Assembly (NCBI GenBank): GCA_049852185.1
Contig: CP187540.1
DNA: 64,000 nucleotides
Origin: Methanocaldococcus sp. 28A
GTDB taxonomy: Archaea > AGJL01 > Methanococci > Methanococcales > Methanocaldococcaceae
Direction: 5' to 3' (one strand)
Shown: positions 10,191 through 19,416 of the stretch, piece after piece
Layout of the letters: each line of letters begins with the position of its first letter
How positions within the stretch are numbered: position 1 is the stretch's first letter
Made by a program: the position numbers and the translations under genes
Notes under the pieces: generated by a model
What the model was told of the DNA's origin: nothing
What the model saw: the letters and a program-made list of their open reading frames with translations, nothing else
Databases searched by the model: none

Positions 10191-10961
10191 ATGATAGACA
10201 CTCACATACATTCAGATACAAGGGGTTTAGAGGATTTAGAGCTAATGGCAATGTGCTTAGATGCTGTTATTACATTAGCCCATGACCCATTTGAGATGAA
10301 AAATATTAAAGTTTGGGAAGCTCATGTTGAAAAGCTATTGATTAATGAGTTGGAGAGGGCTAAAAAAGTAGGGTTGAATTTATTTGTATGTGTTGGAATG
10401 CATCCAAGGGCTATTCCTCCAGAGATTGATGAAGCTATAGAAAAGATAAAGAGCTATATAAACTATAATAATGTTGTGGGAATTGGAGAGATTGGTTTAG
10501 AAAAAGCTACAAAGGTAGAGAAAGAAGTTTTTATAAAGCAGTTGAGGTTAGCTGAGGAATTAAATATGCCTGCTGTAATTCACACACCAAGAAGAAATAA
10601 GGAAGAAGTAACTAAAACTATATTGGATGAAATTTCTACACTAAATTTAAAAAATAGAGATATTGTCATTGAACACTGCAATAAAGAAACTACAAATTGG
10701 GTTTTAGATGGGGGGTTTTATGTTGGACTAACAGTTCAGCCAGGAAAACTAACACCATTAGAAGCAGTTGAGATAGTTAAAGAAAATAAAGATTTTGCTG
10801 ATAAGATTTTATTAAATAGTGATTGCTCTTCAAATGCATCTGATGTCTTAGCTGTTCCAAGAACTGTTTTGAAAATGAAGATTAATGGTATTGAGAAAGA
10901 GATTATCACAAATGTAGCTCATAAAAATGCTGTAGAGTTGTTTAAGTTAAATATAGAATAA
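10191..10961 (+). CDS. TatD-family hydrolase
   Basis: IDTHIH, GMHP, GIGEIGL, IHTPR, IEHC and LNSD. Confidence 0.88.
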   Translation: MIDTHIHSDTRGLEDLELMAMCLDAVITLAHDPFEMKNIKVWEAHVEKLLINELERAKKVGLNLFVCVGMHPRAIPPEIDEAIEKIKSYINYNNVVGIGEIGLEKATKVEKEVFIKQLRLAEELNMPAVIHTPRRNKEEVTKTILDEISTLNLKNRDIVIEHCNKETTNWVLDGGFYVGLTVQPGKLTPLEAVEIVKENKDFADKILLNSDCSSNASDVLAVPRTVLKMKINGIEKEIITNVAHKNAVELFKLNIE

Positions 10962-10987
10962 ATAAACTTTTTTTATTTTTTATTTTT

Positions 10988-11104
10988 TAGAACTTTCGCA
11001 GGAATAAATGTTAAAAGGTATATTGAAGCCCTTTGGGCATCATATTTTCATTAGCAAATATATAAAGTGCGAAAGTCCTATTAAACATAGTTGCGAAAGT
11101 CCTA
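10988..11104. mobile_element. MITE family B (93 bp, 10988-11080) plus an extra right TIR (11092-11104)
   Basis: TAGAACTTTCGCA ... TGCGAAAGTCCTA; central hairpin GCCC-TTT-GGGC; TIRs match the IS at 39134-40268. Confidence 0.8.
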
Positions 11105-11116
11105 TGAAATTCTACT

Positions 11117-11215
11117 AACCATAGAGCTTCGCCCTATTGTTTTACCCCCATAGGGGCAAAGCCCCTATTGGTATACCCCAGGATGCATTGCCTCGCTTCG
11201 CTCGGCAATGCCTCT
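11117..11215. repeat. Cluster of GC-rich palindromic repeats (MJRE-like)
   Basis: ATAGGGGC-AAA-GCCCCTAT and GCATTGCC-...-GGCAATGC hairpins; 11147-11179 recurs inverted at 19365-19397. Confidence 0.8.
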
Positions 11216-11236
11216 TAATATGTAAAAGGTGAAACC

Positions 11237-12244
11237 ATGAAATTCTACGATAGAGAAAGAGAAGTAAATTTTTTAAAAACCTACTGCCAATTAGAGCCGA
11301 ATTCTATACTATTTGTTTATGGGCCAAAATCATCAGGTAAAACTACTGTAATGCTTAGGGTTATTGAAGAATTGTCTAAAAATGAGGATATTATTTTCTT
11401 TTATTACGATTTGAGGAGGTATGCAACACCTACAAAAGAAGAATTTTTAGAAATATTTTTTGAGAAATCAGATAAAAAATATTTACTAAATAGATTTGAG
11501 ATTAATCTAAAAATATGGAGATTTGGGGTTGAGGAAAAGTTTGATTTTAACAATATAAAGTTAAATGATGTGTTTGATAAGATTTATGAGGGCATTGAAG
11601 CAGTTATTAAAGATGGAAAAAAACCAGTTTTAATTATTGATGAGTTGCAGAAGTTGAAAAATATTTATTTTAATGGAGGTAAATCCTTATTAAATGAATT
11701 GTTTAATTTATTTGTTCATTTAACAAAAGTTAGGCACTTATGTCATGTAATTTGCTTAACTTCCGATACTTTGTTTATTGAAGAGATTTATAAGAACTCT
11801 ACATTGGAAAATACTTCTGAATATTTCTTAATTGATTGGTTGAGGAAAGGAACTATAAGGAATATTTTAAAAGAGGAGGGTTTTAGTGAAGAAGAGGTTA
11901 ATTATGCTTTAAATTATCTATCATTACCTTATGAGATTACTCAATTGATAAATAATAAAAAACTTGGGTTGAGTGTTGAAGAGACAATAAAAAAGTGGAT
12001 AAATATTGAAAAAGATAAAATAAAATACATAATAAGGAAAAATTTGGACAAAAAAGATGAAATCCTAAAAATACTATCAAAGTTTAAAGATAATATAAAA
12101 ATAAAAAATGATGAGATTGAGGATGAATTATTTGAGACATTAAAGATATTAATTGAGAATGAAATACTGTTTTATGATGTTATTAATGGGATAATTAAGC
12201 CAACATCTATAAAGAAGTGGTTTGCTATAAAGGATATAATCTAA
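11237..12244 (+). CDS. Archaeal ATPase (COG1672 / MJ-type STAND), paralogue 1
   Basis: FYDRERE, Walker A GPKSSGKT, Walker B IIDELQ, C-terminal winged-helix-like tail. Confidence 0.9.
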   Translation: MKFYDREREVNFLKTYCQLEPNSILFVYGPKSSGKTTVMLRVIEELSKNEDIIFFYYDLRRYATPTKEEFLEIFFEKSDKKYLLNRFEINLKIWRFGVEEKFDFNNIKLNDVFDKIYEGIEAVIKDGKKPVLIIDELQKLKNIYFNGGKSLLNELFNLFVHLTKVRHLCHVICLTSDTLFIEEIYKNSTLENTSEYFLIDWLRKGTIRNILKEEGFSEEEVNYALNYLSLPYEITQLINNKKLGLSVEETIKKWINIEKDKIKYIIRKNLDKKDEILKILSKFKDNIKIKNDEIEDELFETLKILIENEILFYDVINGIIKPTSIKKWFAIKDII

Positions 12245-12282
12245 CAAATATTAAAATACATAAAAATAGAGTGGGTGGGTTT

Positions 12283-12729
12283 ATGAGTGAGGATATAATT
12301 GGAGCAACATTTCCAATACCTAAACCCTTAATAGGAAGAATATTAGATGAGCATAAAAATGTTTTTGTCAAGCCCGCAACATTAACCAAGCTTGAGAAAG
12401 GTATGAAAATTATATTTTATGCTTCAAGGGAGGAACAAGGATTTTATGGAGAGGCTGAGATTGAGAAAGTAGAGTTTTTTGAAAATCCAATGAAAATATT
12501 GGAAAAATATAAAGATGAGATGTTTTTAACTGAAGAGGAGTTTAAAGAATATATTGACTCCTCCAAAAAGTGGGGTTATGGTAGAAAAAAGAAAAAACCT
12601 TGGATGGTTATTGTTCTAAAGAATATTAAAAAGTATTCTAAGGTTGTTAAGCCAAAGAGGTTTATTACTGTTGGAGGGCGATATGTTAAAGAGAAAGAAT
12701 ATAAGGAAATTTTAAATAGAGCAATCTAA
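12283..12729 (+). CDS. DUF365-family PUA-like (ASCH/EVE-related) protein
   Basis: GATFPIP, KNVFVKP, GMKIIFYAS..GFYGEA.I pattern; ATG 12283 follows GGGTGGG. Confidence 0.75.
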   Translation: MSEDIIGATFPIPKPLIGRILDEHKNVFVKPATLTKLEKGMKIIFYASREEQGFYGEAEIEKVEFFENPMKILEKYKDEMFLTEEEFKEYIDSSKKWGYGRKKKKPWMVIVLKNIKKYSKVVKPKRFITVGGRYVKEKEYKEILNRAI

Positions 12730-12820
12730 ATTATTAATTTAAATAATGAATTTTATATAATTTTATATATAGTAAAATATTGGGGATTAAACTATTGCAT
12801 TAATTAAAGGGGGTTAATAT

Positions 12821-15800
12821 ATGGAGAGATTTATAGAGAATCCAAAGTTTCCAATAAGAGAAATTAATGAGAAGAGTGAAAAAGAGAAAGGTGCTGCAAG
12901 ACCTCCATATTGGGAAATGGTATTTTATTGGACAAGAAAACCATTAATTGGAGCAAGAGGAGTTATTGCTGGCTGTTTATTACCTTATGACATTGACTTA
13001 GAGAGATTTAAAAATGCTATAGCACTTAATGAAAAAACTCCTCACAGGGAAAGTCCAAAAATTCGTAATGATTGGAAGAAGTATTTTGAAGGTAAAAAGT
13101 TATTAGACCCATTTGCAGGTTTTGGTTCTATTCCATTGGAAGGGTTGAGATTAGGTTTAGATGTTACAGCAGTTGAGTTATTACCCACAACTTATGTATT
13201 TTTAAAAGCAGTTTTAGAATATCCAAAAAAGTTTGGTAAGACACTTATAAAAGATGTGGAAAAGTGGGGGAATTGGATAACTGAAAGATTGAAAGAAGAT
13301 GAAGATATAAAAGAACTTTATGATGAAGATATTGCTGTCTATATAGGAACTTGGGAGATAAAATGCCCACACTGTGGGAAATTTACCCCTGCAATAGGCA
13401 ATTATTGGTTAGCGAGAGTTAAAGACAGCAAAGGATACAAAAGATTGGCATATATGAAACCAGAGTTTAATGGGGAGAGTGTAAATATAAAAGTTATTGA
13501 TTTAAATGCAATTTTTGGTAGTGTTGAAAATGCAAAGGTGGATACTAAGAACAACACTATTGTTTTTGTTGGAGATAATTATATAGAGAAGGTTAAGAAG
13601 GCTGTAGAAAAGGGAATTTTAAAAGAGGGTGATTTTGTAATTGATGGTAATAAAGTTGTGTTTAAAGTTCCTTCTGCTAATATAGAATCAAGAAGAAGCC
13701 AATTAACATGTCTATGTTGTGGAAATATTATAAAATATGCAGATGAAGAGGGAAGGCATTACATTGACAGAAAGAAGGGGAATAATGAATTTTATGTAAA
13801 ATTTGCTTTAAAGAAATATCATTCTGGAGATGAAAATTATGCAAGGCAGAGGTTATTGGTTAAGGTTAAAATTAAAGAGAGGGATTTAACTTTTGAACCA
13901 TGCATTGAAGAAGATAACAATAAGTTGTTAATTGCCAAACAAAAGATTAATGAGTTGTTGAGTAATGGGGATGTTGATATTCCAACCGAATCTGTTGCTC
14001 CCTGGGGTTCAAAAGGAATGGGAGGAGATATTAAAACTATCACATGGGGATTAACAACGTGGGATAAACACTTTAATCCAAGGCAGTTATTGACATTGAT
14101 AAAAATAGTTAAACTAATTAGAGAAGTTGGTAAAAAAGTAGAGGAAGAGAAAATTAATGAAGGTTGGGATAAAGATAAAGCATTTGAGTATGCTGAGGCT
14201 ATTGCTACTTATTTGAGCATGGCTATGTTGAAATATGCTGATTATAGTTCAATTTCTACAAGGTGGAACTCATCTTTAATTATGGCTAATACATTATCTA
14301 CACGAGGTATAGCAATGGTTTGGAATTATTTTGAAATCTCACCATTTGCAAAATGGACTGGCTCATGGAGACAGGGAATTGAATATACAATTCCAAAATC
14401 CTTAGAATATCTTACTGATGCCATCTCACCTAAACAAAAAACTCTAACTGAAATAATAAAATCAAATTCAATAAATATTATACAAGGGGATGCTACTTCA
14501 TTAAACCTAAATGAAAAATTTGATATTATTGTTACCGACCCACCTTATGCTGATGATGTTCCTTATACAGAATTATCTGACTTTTATTATGTTTGGCTTA
14601 AAAGAGCTTTATCTGATGTTGAAAACAACAAGTTAATTCCAAGATTCCATAAAGATGCATTCTTTAAAAAAATAGGTAAAAAATACAAGGAGATAAAAAC
14701 CCAATGGCAGGAATTTGCTAAAAAAGAAGTATCTGAAAATGCTGGAAGATTTATGAATGAGGAAAATAAAAAAGAACTTGCTAAAAAACACTTTGAAAAT
14801 CTCTTCTCTCAAGCATTTATATCTATGAGAAACCATTTAAAAGATGATGGGATTTTAGTAACCTATTATGCCCACACAAACCCAGAATCATGGGCAAATC
14901 TCTTAGAGGCTGGCTGGAAGAGAGCAAAACTAACAATAACAAGAGCCCTACCTTTAACAACTGAATCAAAGCAAAACATTGTATCAAGAGGCAAACTATC
15001 CTTAGATACTTCCATAATTGCCATCTGGAAAAAGAAAACTCTAAAAGATAAAACTTTAATCTCTACCCTAATACCAAAATTAAGAGAGAAAGGAAGAGAG
15101 ACAGCAGAGTTGTTAATAAAACATGGACAGCATGATTTAGATTTATTATATGGTGTAATGGCTGGTATATTAGAAGAGATAACCCAATACAATGAAATTG
15201 TTAGTCCAGAAGGAAAATTAACAACAAAAGATATCCTTGATAAATATGTTTATCCATTAACAATATACAGCATTATAGATGCAATTTCAAAAGAAAAAGA
15301 GGGGGCCTTGAAAATTACTACAAAACCAGCCCTCTTCTATACCACTTACAAAATCCTATTTGGTAGTAAAACATTGGGAAGTGGTGATTTAATCTTATTA
15401 AATATTTCAACAGGAATTGATGCTAAAAAGGCTGTTGAATATAATCTAATAAAAGAAGAGAGTAAAGGATTTGTCTTAAACTCTCCTGACTTAATAAAAG
15501 AACTTAATGAAAAATATCTCTACCAGTTTTTAATTGAGAAAGACATAAATCCAACAAATCCAGAAATAAAAACATCAATAGATATATTGCATTTGCTTGA
15601 ATACTATGCCTTTGCTTATGCAATAGATGCATTCAAATCTAAACTTGAAGAATTGAAAAGTAAATACCCAACAGAAACTGAAGAAGCAATAAATATTGCC
15701 AAACTAATAAACAAATATTATGCAAGTGTATTTAAAGAAATATACGCAGGCAAAAAAGACAGTGAGATTGATAAACTACTCCAAAAAGATAAAATTTATG

Positions 15801-15853
15801 AAATCTATCTAATAAGAAGATTAGTAAGATTCTTAGAAGGAAAAGCATTTTAA
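12821..15853 (+). CDS. DUF1156-domain adenine-specific DNA methyltransferase with Zn ribbon (COG1743)
   Basis: YWTRKPL (DUF1156), motif I DPFAGFGSIP, CPHC and CLCC, motif IV TDPPY, ELSDFYYVWLKR. Confidence 0.9.
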   Translation: MERFIENPKFPIREINEKSEKEKGAARPPYWEMVFYWTRKPLIGARGVIAGCLLPYDIDLERFKNAIALNEKTPHRESPKIRNDWKKYFEGKKLLDPFAGFGSIPLEGLRLGLDVTAVELLPTTYVFLKAVLEYPKKFGKTLIKDVEKWGNWITERLKEDEDIKELYDEDIAVYIGTWEIKCPHCGKFTPAIGNYWLARVKDSKGYKRLAYMKPEFNGESVNIKVIDLNAIFGSVENAKVDTKNNTIVFVGDNYIEKVKKAVEKGILKEGDFVIDGNKVVFKVPSANIESRRSQLTCLCCGNIIKYADEEGRHYIDRKKGNNEFYVKFALKKYHSGDENYARQRLLVKVKIKERDLTFEPCIEEDNNKLLIAKQKINELLSNGDVDIPTESVAPWGSKGMGGDIKTITWGLTTWDKHFNPRQLLTLIKIVKLIREVGKKVEEEKINEGWDKDKAFEYAEAIATYLSMAMLKYADYSSISTRWNSSLIMANTLSTRGIAMVWNYFEISPFAKWTGSWRQGIEYTIPKSLEYLTDAISPKQKTLTEIIKSNSINIIQGDATSLNLNEKFDIIVTDPPYADDVPYTELSDFYYVWLKRALSDVENNKLIPRFHKDAFFKKIGKKYKEIKTQWQEFAKKEVSENAGRFMNEENKKELAKKHFENLFSQAFISMRNHLKDDGILVTYYAHTNPESWANLLEAGWKRAKLTITRALPLTTESKQNIVSRGKLSLDTSIIAIWKKKTLKDKTLISTLIPKLREKGRETAELLIKHGQHDLDLLYGVMAGILEEITQYNEIVSPEGKLTTKDILDKYVYPLTIYSIIDAISKEKEGALKITTKPALFYTTYKILFGSKTLGSGDLILLNISTGIDAKKAVEYNLIKEESKGFVLNSPDLIKELNEKYLYQFLIEKDINPTNPEIKTSIDILHLLEYYAFAYAIDAFKSKLEELKSKYPTETEEAINIAKLINKYYASVFKEIYAGKKDSEIDKLLQKDKIYEIYLIRRLVRFLEGKAF

Positions 15854-15876
15854 ATTTAAACTTTTGAGGGATAAAA

Positions 15877-16464
15877 ATGTCTAATTATCTAAAAGGAATA
15901 TTTGAAGATTTGGAACCAGAGGAAAAAATCATCCTCTATGCATTGGGAGCTTTAAACAACACTCCCTTAAATAGCAAAATAAAACTCCATAAATTGTTAT
16001 TCTTAGTTTCTAATGTATTTCCGCAACTAAATGAATTACTTGAATTTGAAGAACACTTTTTAGGTCCTTACAGTGAAAAAATAAACTATATCCTCGACGA
16101 TTTAATTAGTTTGGGATTGGTAGAAAAAAAAGGTAGCAAATACAAACTTACTGAAAAAGGAATGGAGATATATAAACGACTAAAACCAAAACCAGGACTA
16201 AAAGAGGTCTTAGAAGATTTTAAAGAATTTATACACGATTTAACAGATGATGAAATATTGGCATTTATCTATGTCTCATATCCAAAATATACCAAAGAAT
16301 CTATAAAGTGGGATGAATTGAAAAAACAAAGAGTTGATTTAGCCATCTCATTACTAAAAAAACAAAAAATTAGTTTTGGAAAAGCTGCACAAATAGCTGG
16401 ACTCTCTCCTATGGAATTTGAAGAATTGCTTTTAAAAAGAGGGATAAAGTGGAGGGGAATATAA
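15877..16464 (+). CDS. YwgA/Panacea-like winged-helix domain fused to UPF0175 HTH (putative antitoxin)
   Basis: N-terminal KLHKLLFL...F....LGPYS; C-terminal ISFGKAAQIAGLS..EF..LL.KRGI. Confidence 0.7.
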   Translation: MSNYLKGIFEDLEPEEKIILYALGALNNTPLNSKIKLHKLLFLVSNVFPQLNELLEFEEHFLGPYSEKINYILDDLISLGLVEKKGSKYKLTEKGMEIYKRLKPKPGLKEVLEDFKEFIHDLTDDEILAFIYVSYPKYTKESIKWDELKKQRVDLAISLLKKQKISFGKAAQIAGLSPMEFEELLLKRGIKWRGI

Positions 16465-17027
16465 CGGTCAAAATTCTTGATAATACAGTAATAAGTGCAA
16501 GTTTAAAAGAAATAAAAACCATTAACCTCATAGAAAGATGTTTAAAAAGATATAAATTAGTTACATCAGAATATGTATTTGTAGAGACATTAAAAGGATT
16601 TTCAAATCCTACAATCGAAAATTGCTATTCAGATATTGAAGTCCATGAAATTAATGAAGAAATGTTTAATTTTCTTTTAGATTACTTAGAAAGGAGATTC
16701 CCATATTTACACAGAGGAGAACTTTCATCCTTCTTAGTGGCTTTATTAAAATATGCTGAAAATGGTAAATCATATTACTATGTAACAGACGACCGTAGAA
16801 TGAGAGATACAATCTCTAAAATTTTAAATGACCCGATAGTAAAATCAAAATTAAAAAATCCTATAACTCCAGAAAATTTTAACCTAACAGGGACTATTGG
16901 GCTTCTTTTAAGATTAAAATATAGGGGATTAATATCAAAAGAGGAAGCTAAAAAGATTGCAGATGATTTAGAAAACAGTTCTTTTAGAGTAACTCCTGAA
17001 CTATTAAAAAAATTGAGAGAGGATTGA
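16449..17027 (+). CDS. PIN-domain nuclease (DUF3368/COG2405 type)
   Basis: ILDNTVIS, LHRGE, VTDDRRMR and TGTIGLL; overlaps upstream gene. Confidence 0.85.
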   Translation: MEGNITVKILDNTVISASLKEIKTINLIERCLKRYKLVTSEYVFVETLKGFSNPTIENCYSDIEVHEINEEMFNFLLDYLERRFPYLHRGELSSFLVALLKYAENGKSYYYVTDDRRMRDTISKILNDPIVKSKLKNPITPENFNLTGTIGLLLRLKYRGLISKEEAKKIADDLENSSFRVTPELLKKLRED

Positions 17028-17028
17028 T

Positions 17029-18126
17029 ATGGGCAAGCTGAAAGTTCATATAAACTCTATAGATGAAAATTTAATGTTTAGAAGCTTGGATATAAAGGTA
17101 GGTTCTAAAACAATGGCAACCACTCCAATAAAAGTTAGCCCTCCAGAACACCCAATAAGTCCTATAAATGAGGTATATAAAAAATTTTCTATTGATAAAT
17201 TGAAAAAATGCAATATTGACAACTCTATAGAAACAAAGACAAACCAGGAAATAAGAAAATGTTTAATAGCAGATAAGTTAAATATGGTTATTGTTGATTA
17301 TACCTCTGATATTTTACCTAAAAAAGAACACTTAGAAGTTTTAATGGATTTGCAATATAATGGAGATGTTGTTATAACTCCAATTTTCTCTAAACTCGTA
17401 AAAACTCTTAAAGAGGAAAAACTAAAAAATACATTCATTAAATTAACAAATCAATGTATAGAAATAGCAAATACCTTAAATAATAAAACTATAGTTGGAA
17501 TAATCCCAGCAAAGATGCCAAGACAATTTATTGAGGATATTATAAAAAACTATGTTGATAAAAATATAACTCATTACATTATAGACCTTGATAGGAGAAC
17601 TATCTCAGCGAATACTTCTTGGATTATAAAGTTATTTAGAACTATCCATGATAATGGAATTCTTGATGAAACTTTGTTATATTGTGTTAATGGTAGTGAA
17701 GGTAAATTCTTAAAAAATGCTGAGGTAATCCCTGCTCATGATTTTATAAATTCTGGTTTTGGAATTGATATATTAGGTTTGAAACATGTCCCTCCTCAAT
17801 TACCTCCAGAAGTATGGGCAAAATTAAAAAATATAAAAAAGGAAGAAATTTATAGAATATTTAATAGAAATACTTATGGTTATCATAAAGTAAATGTGGA
17901 GATTCTCCAAAATTTGGGACTATTTCCTAACCAAAATACTGTAAAAATCTATAATATAGAAAAACAGTTTGATGAAGCCATTTATTTACAAAACCTTCTT
18001 AAGGAAGAATCAACCGTAGAGCAATATGTGTCATCAAAATCTCAAATGAAAGATATAATTCCAGAAATCAAAAAAGTTAAACATGAAGTTAAAGAAAAAT
18101 CAATGAAACTTGATTTTTTCCTATAA
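17029..18126 (+). CDS. Uncharacterised protein, probable divergent tRNA-guanine transglycosylase-like TIM barrel
   Basis: R...IKVG.K...TP, LQ..GDVVITP, IVGII, GIDILG and YN......EA..LQ..L.E echo the TGT layout; DSGG and Zn-binding Cys absent. Confidence 0.45.
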   Translation: MGKLKVHINSIDENLMFRSLDIKVGSKTMATTPIKVSPPEHPISPINEVYKKFSIDKLKKCNIDNSIETKTNQEIRKCLIADKLNMVIVDYTSDILPKKEHLEVLMDLQYNGDVVITPIFSKLVKTLKEEKLKNTFIKLTNQCIEIANTLNNKTIVGIIPAKMPRQFIEDIIKNYVDKNITHYIIDLDRRTISANTSWIIKLFRTIHDNGILDETLLYCVNGSEGKFLKNAEVIPAHDFINSGFGIDILGLKHVPPQLPPEVWAKLKNIKKEEIYRIFNRNTYGYHKVNVEILQNLGLFPNQNTVKIYNIEKQFDEAIYLQNLLKEESTVEQYVSSKSQMKDIIPEIKKVKHEVKEKSMKLDFFL

Positions 18127-18207
18127 ATAAGTTGATAATTAATATATAGACTTGGATTTGCTTATTCCATGGTGATAAAATGAAATTCTACTAACTTGGT
18201 GAATATT

Positions 18208-19227
18208 ATGAAATTCTACGATAGAGAGAAAGAAGTTAAATATTTAAAAACTTACTGCCAGTTAGAGCCAAACTCTATATTATTCGTCTATGGACCAAAA
18301 TCTTCTGGCAAAACTACTGTAATGCTTAGAGTTATAGAAGAACTAAACAAAAGGGATGATATAATATTCTTCTACTACGATTTAAGGGAATATGCGACAC
18401 CAACAAAAGAAGAGTTTTTAAGTATATTCTTTGAAAAATCAGACAAAAAATATCTTTTAAATAAATTAGAAATCGATTTAAAAATATTTAAATTTGGAGT
18501 AGAAGAGAATTTTGATTTTAATAATTTATCATTAAATGATGTTTTTAATAAAATAAAAGAAAGCATCAAAGAGGTTGTTAAAGAAGGTAAAAAACCTATA
18601 TTGGTTATTGATGAATTGCAGAAATTAAAGAGCATCTATTTCAATGGTGGTAAATCCTTACTAAATGAGTTATTTAATCTATTTGTCCATCTAACAAAAG
18701 TTAGGCATCTATGTCATGTTATTTGTTTAACCTCTGATACTTTGTTTATTGAGGAGATTTATAAGAACTCTACATTAGAGAATACTTCTGAATATTTTTT
18801 AATTGATTGGTTAAATATAGATGATATTAAAAACATTCTAAAAGAAGAGGGTTTTAGTGAAGAAGAGGTTAATTATGCTTTGAATTATATATCATTACCT
18901 TATGAAATCTCACAATTAATAAATAATAAAAAATTAGGTTTATCTGTTGAAGAAGCAATAAAGCAGTGGATTAATATTGAGAGAGATAAAATTTTATATT
19001 TAATATCAACTCAAAAGGAATTTGAGATGAAAAATTTAGAAAATGCTCTGAAATTATTTGAAGATAAAATAAAAGTTGATATCAAAGAGATAATAAAAAA
19101 CAATCTTATGGATGAGGTTAAATTTTTGATAAAAAATGAGATTTTATTTTATGATGTAATAAATGGCATAATTAAGCCAACTTCTGTAAAAAAATGGTTT
19201 GCTATTAAAGAAATAATTATGGGTTAA
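18208..19227 (+). CDS. Archaeal ATPase (COG1672), paralogue 2
   Basis: Near-identical to 11237-12244; ATG 18208 follows GGTGA. Confidence 0.9.
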   Translation: MKFYDREKEVKYLKTYCQLEPNSILFVYGPKSSGKTTVMLRVIEELNKRDDIIFFYYDLREYATPTKEEFLSIFFEKSDKKYLLNKLEIDLKIFKFGVEENFDFNNLSLNDVFNKIKESIKEVVKEGKKPILVIDELQKLKSIYFNGGKSLLNELFNLFVHLTKVRHLCHVICLTSDTLFIEEIYKNSTLENTSEYFLIDWLNIDDIKNILKEEGFSEEEVNYALNYISLPYEISQLINNKKLGLSVEEAIKQWINIERDKILYLISTQKEFEMKNLENALKLFEDKIKVDIKEIIKNNLMDEVKFLIKNEILFYDVINGIIKPTSVKKWFAIKEIIMG

Positions 19228-19289
19228 AAGCCTCTAACTTAATGCATTCAGTATTCGAATAAGCATTTGACGCATAGATTGACGAAGTC

Positions 19290-19398
19290 TTGGGGTATCC
19301 CGAACCATAGGGCTAATGCCCTATTGGTATGAACCTTTTAGAAAAAGGTTCATCAAAAAATTTTGGGGTATACCAATAGGGGCGAAGCCCCTAATGGT
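19290..19398. repeat. Cluster of palindromic repeats (MJRE-like)
   Basis: ATAGGGC-TAAT-GCCCTAT, ATGAACCTTTT-AGA-AAAAGGTTCAT and TAGGGGC-GAA-GCCCCTA. Confidence 0.8.
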
Positions 19399-19416
19399 AA
19401 TGAAATAATCTAAAAA

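Noticed and set aside
17029-18126. Canonical DpdA/archaeosine TGT or type IV CBASS component
   Set aside because: Catalytic and Zn motifs are missing, and there are no dpd, que or cyclase genes in the window; kept only as TGT-like
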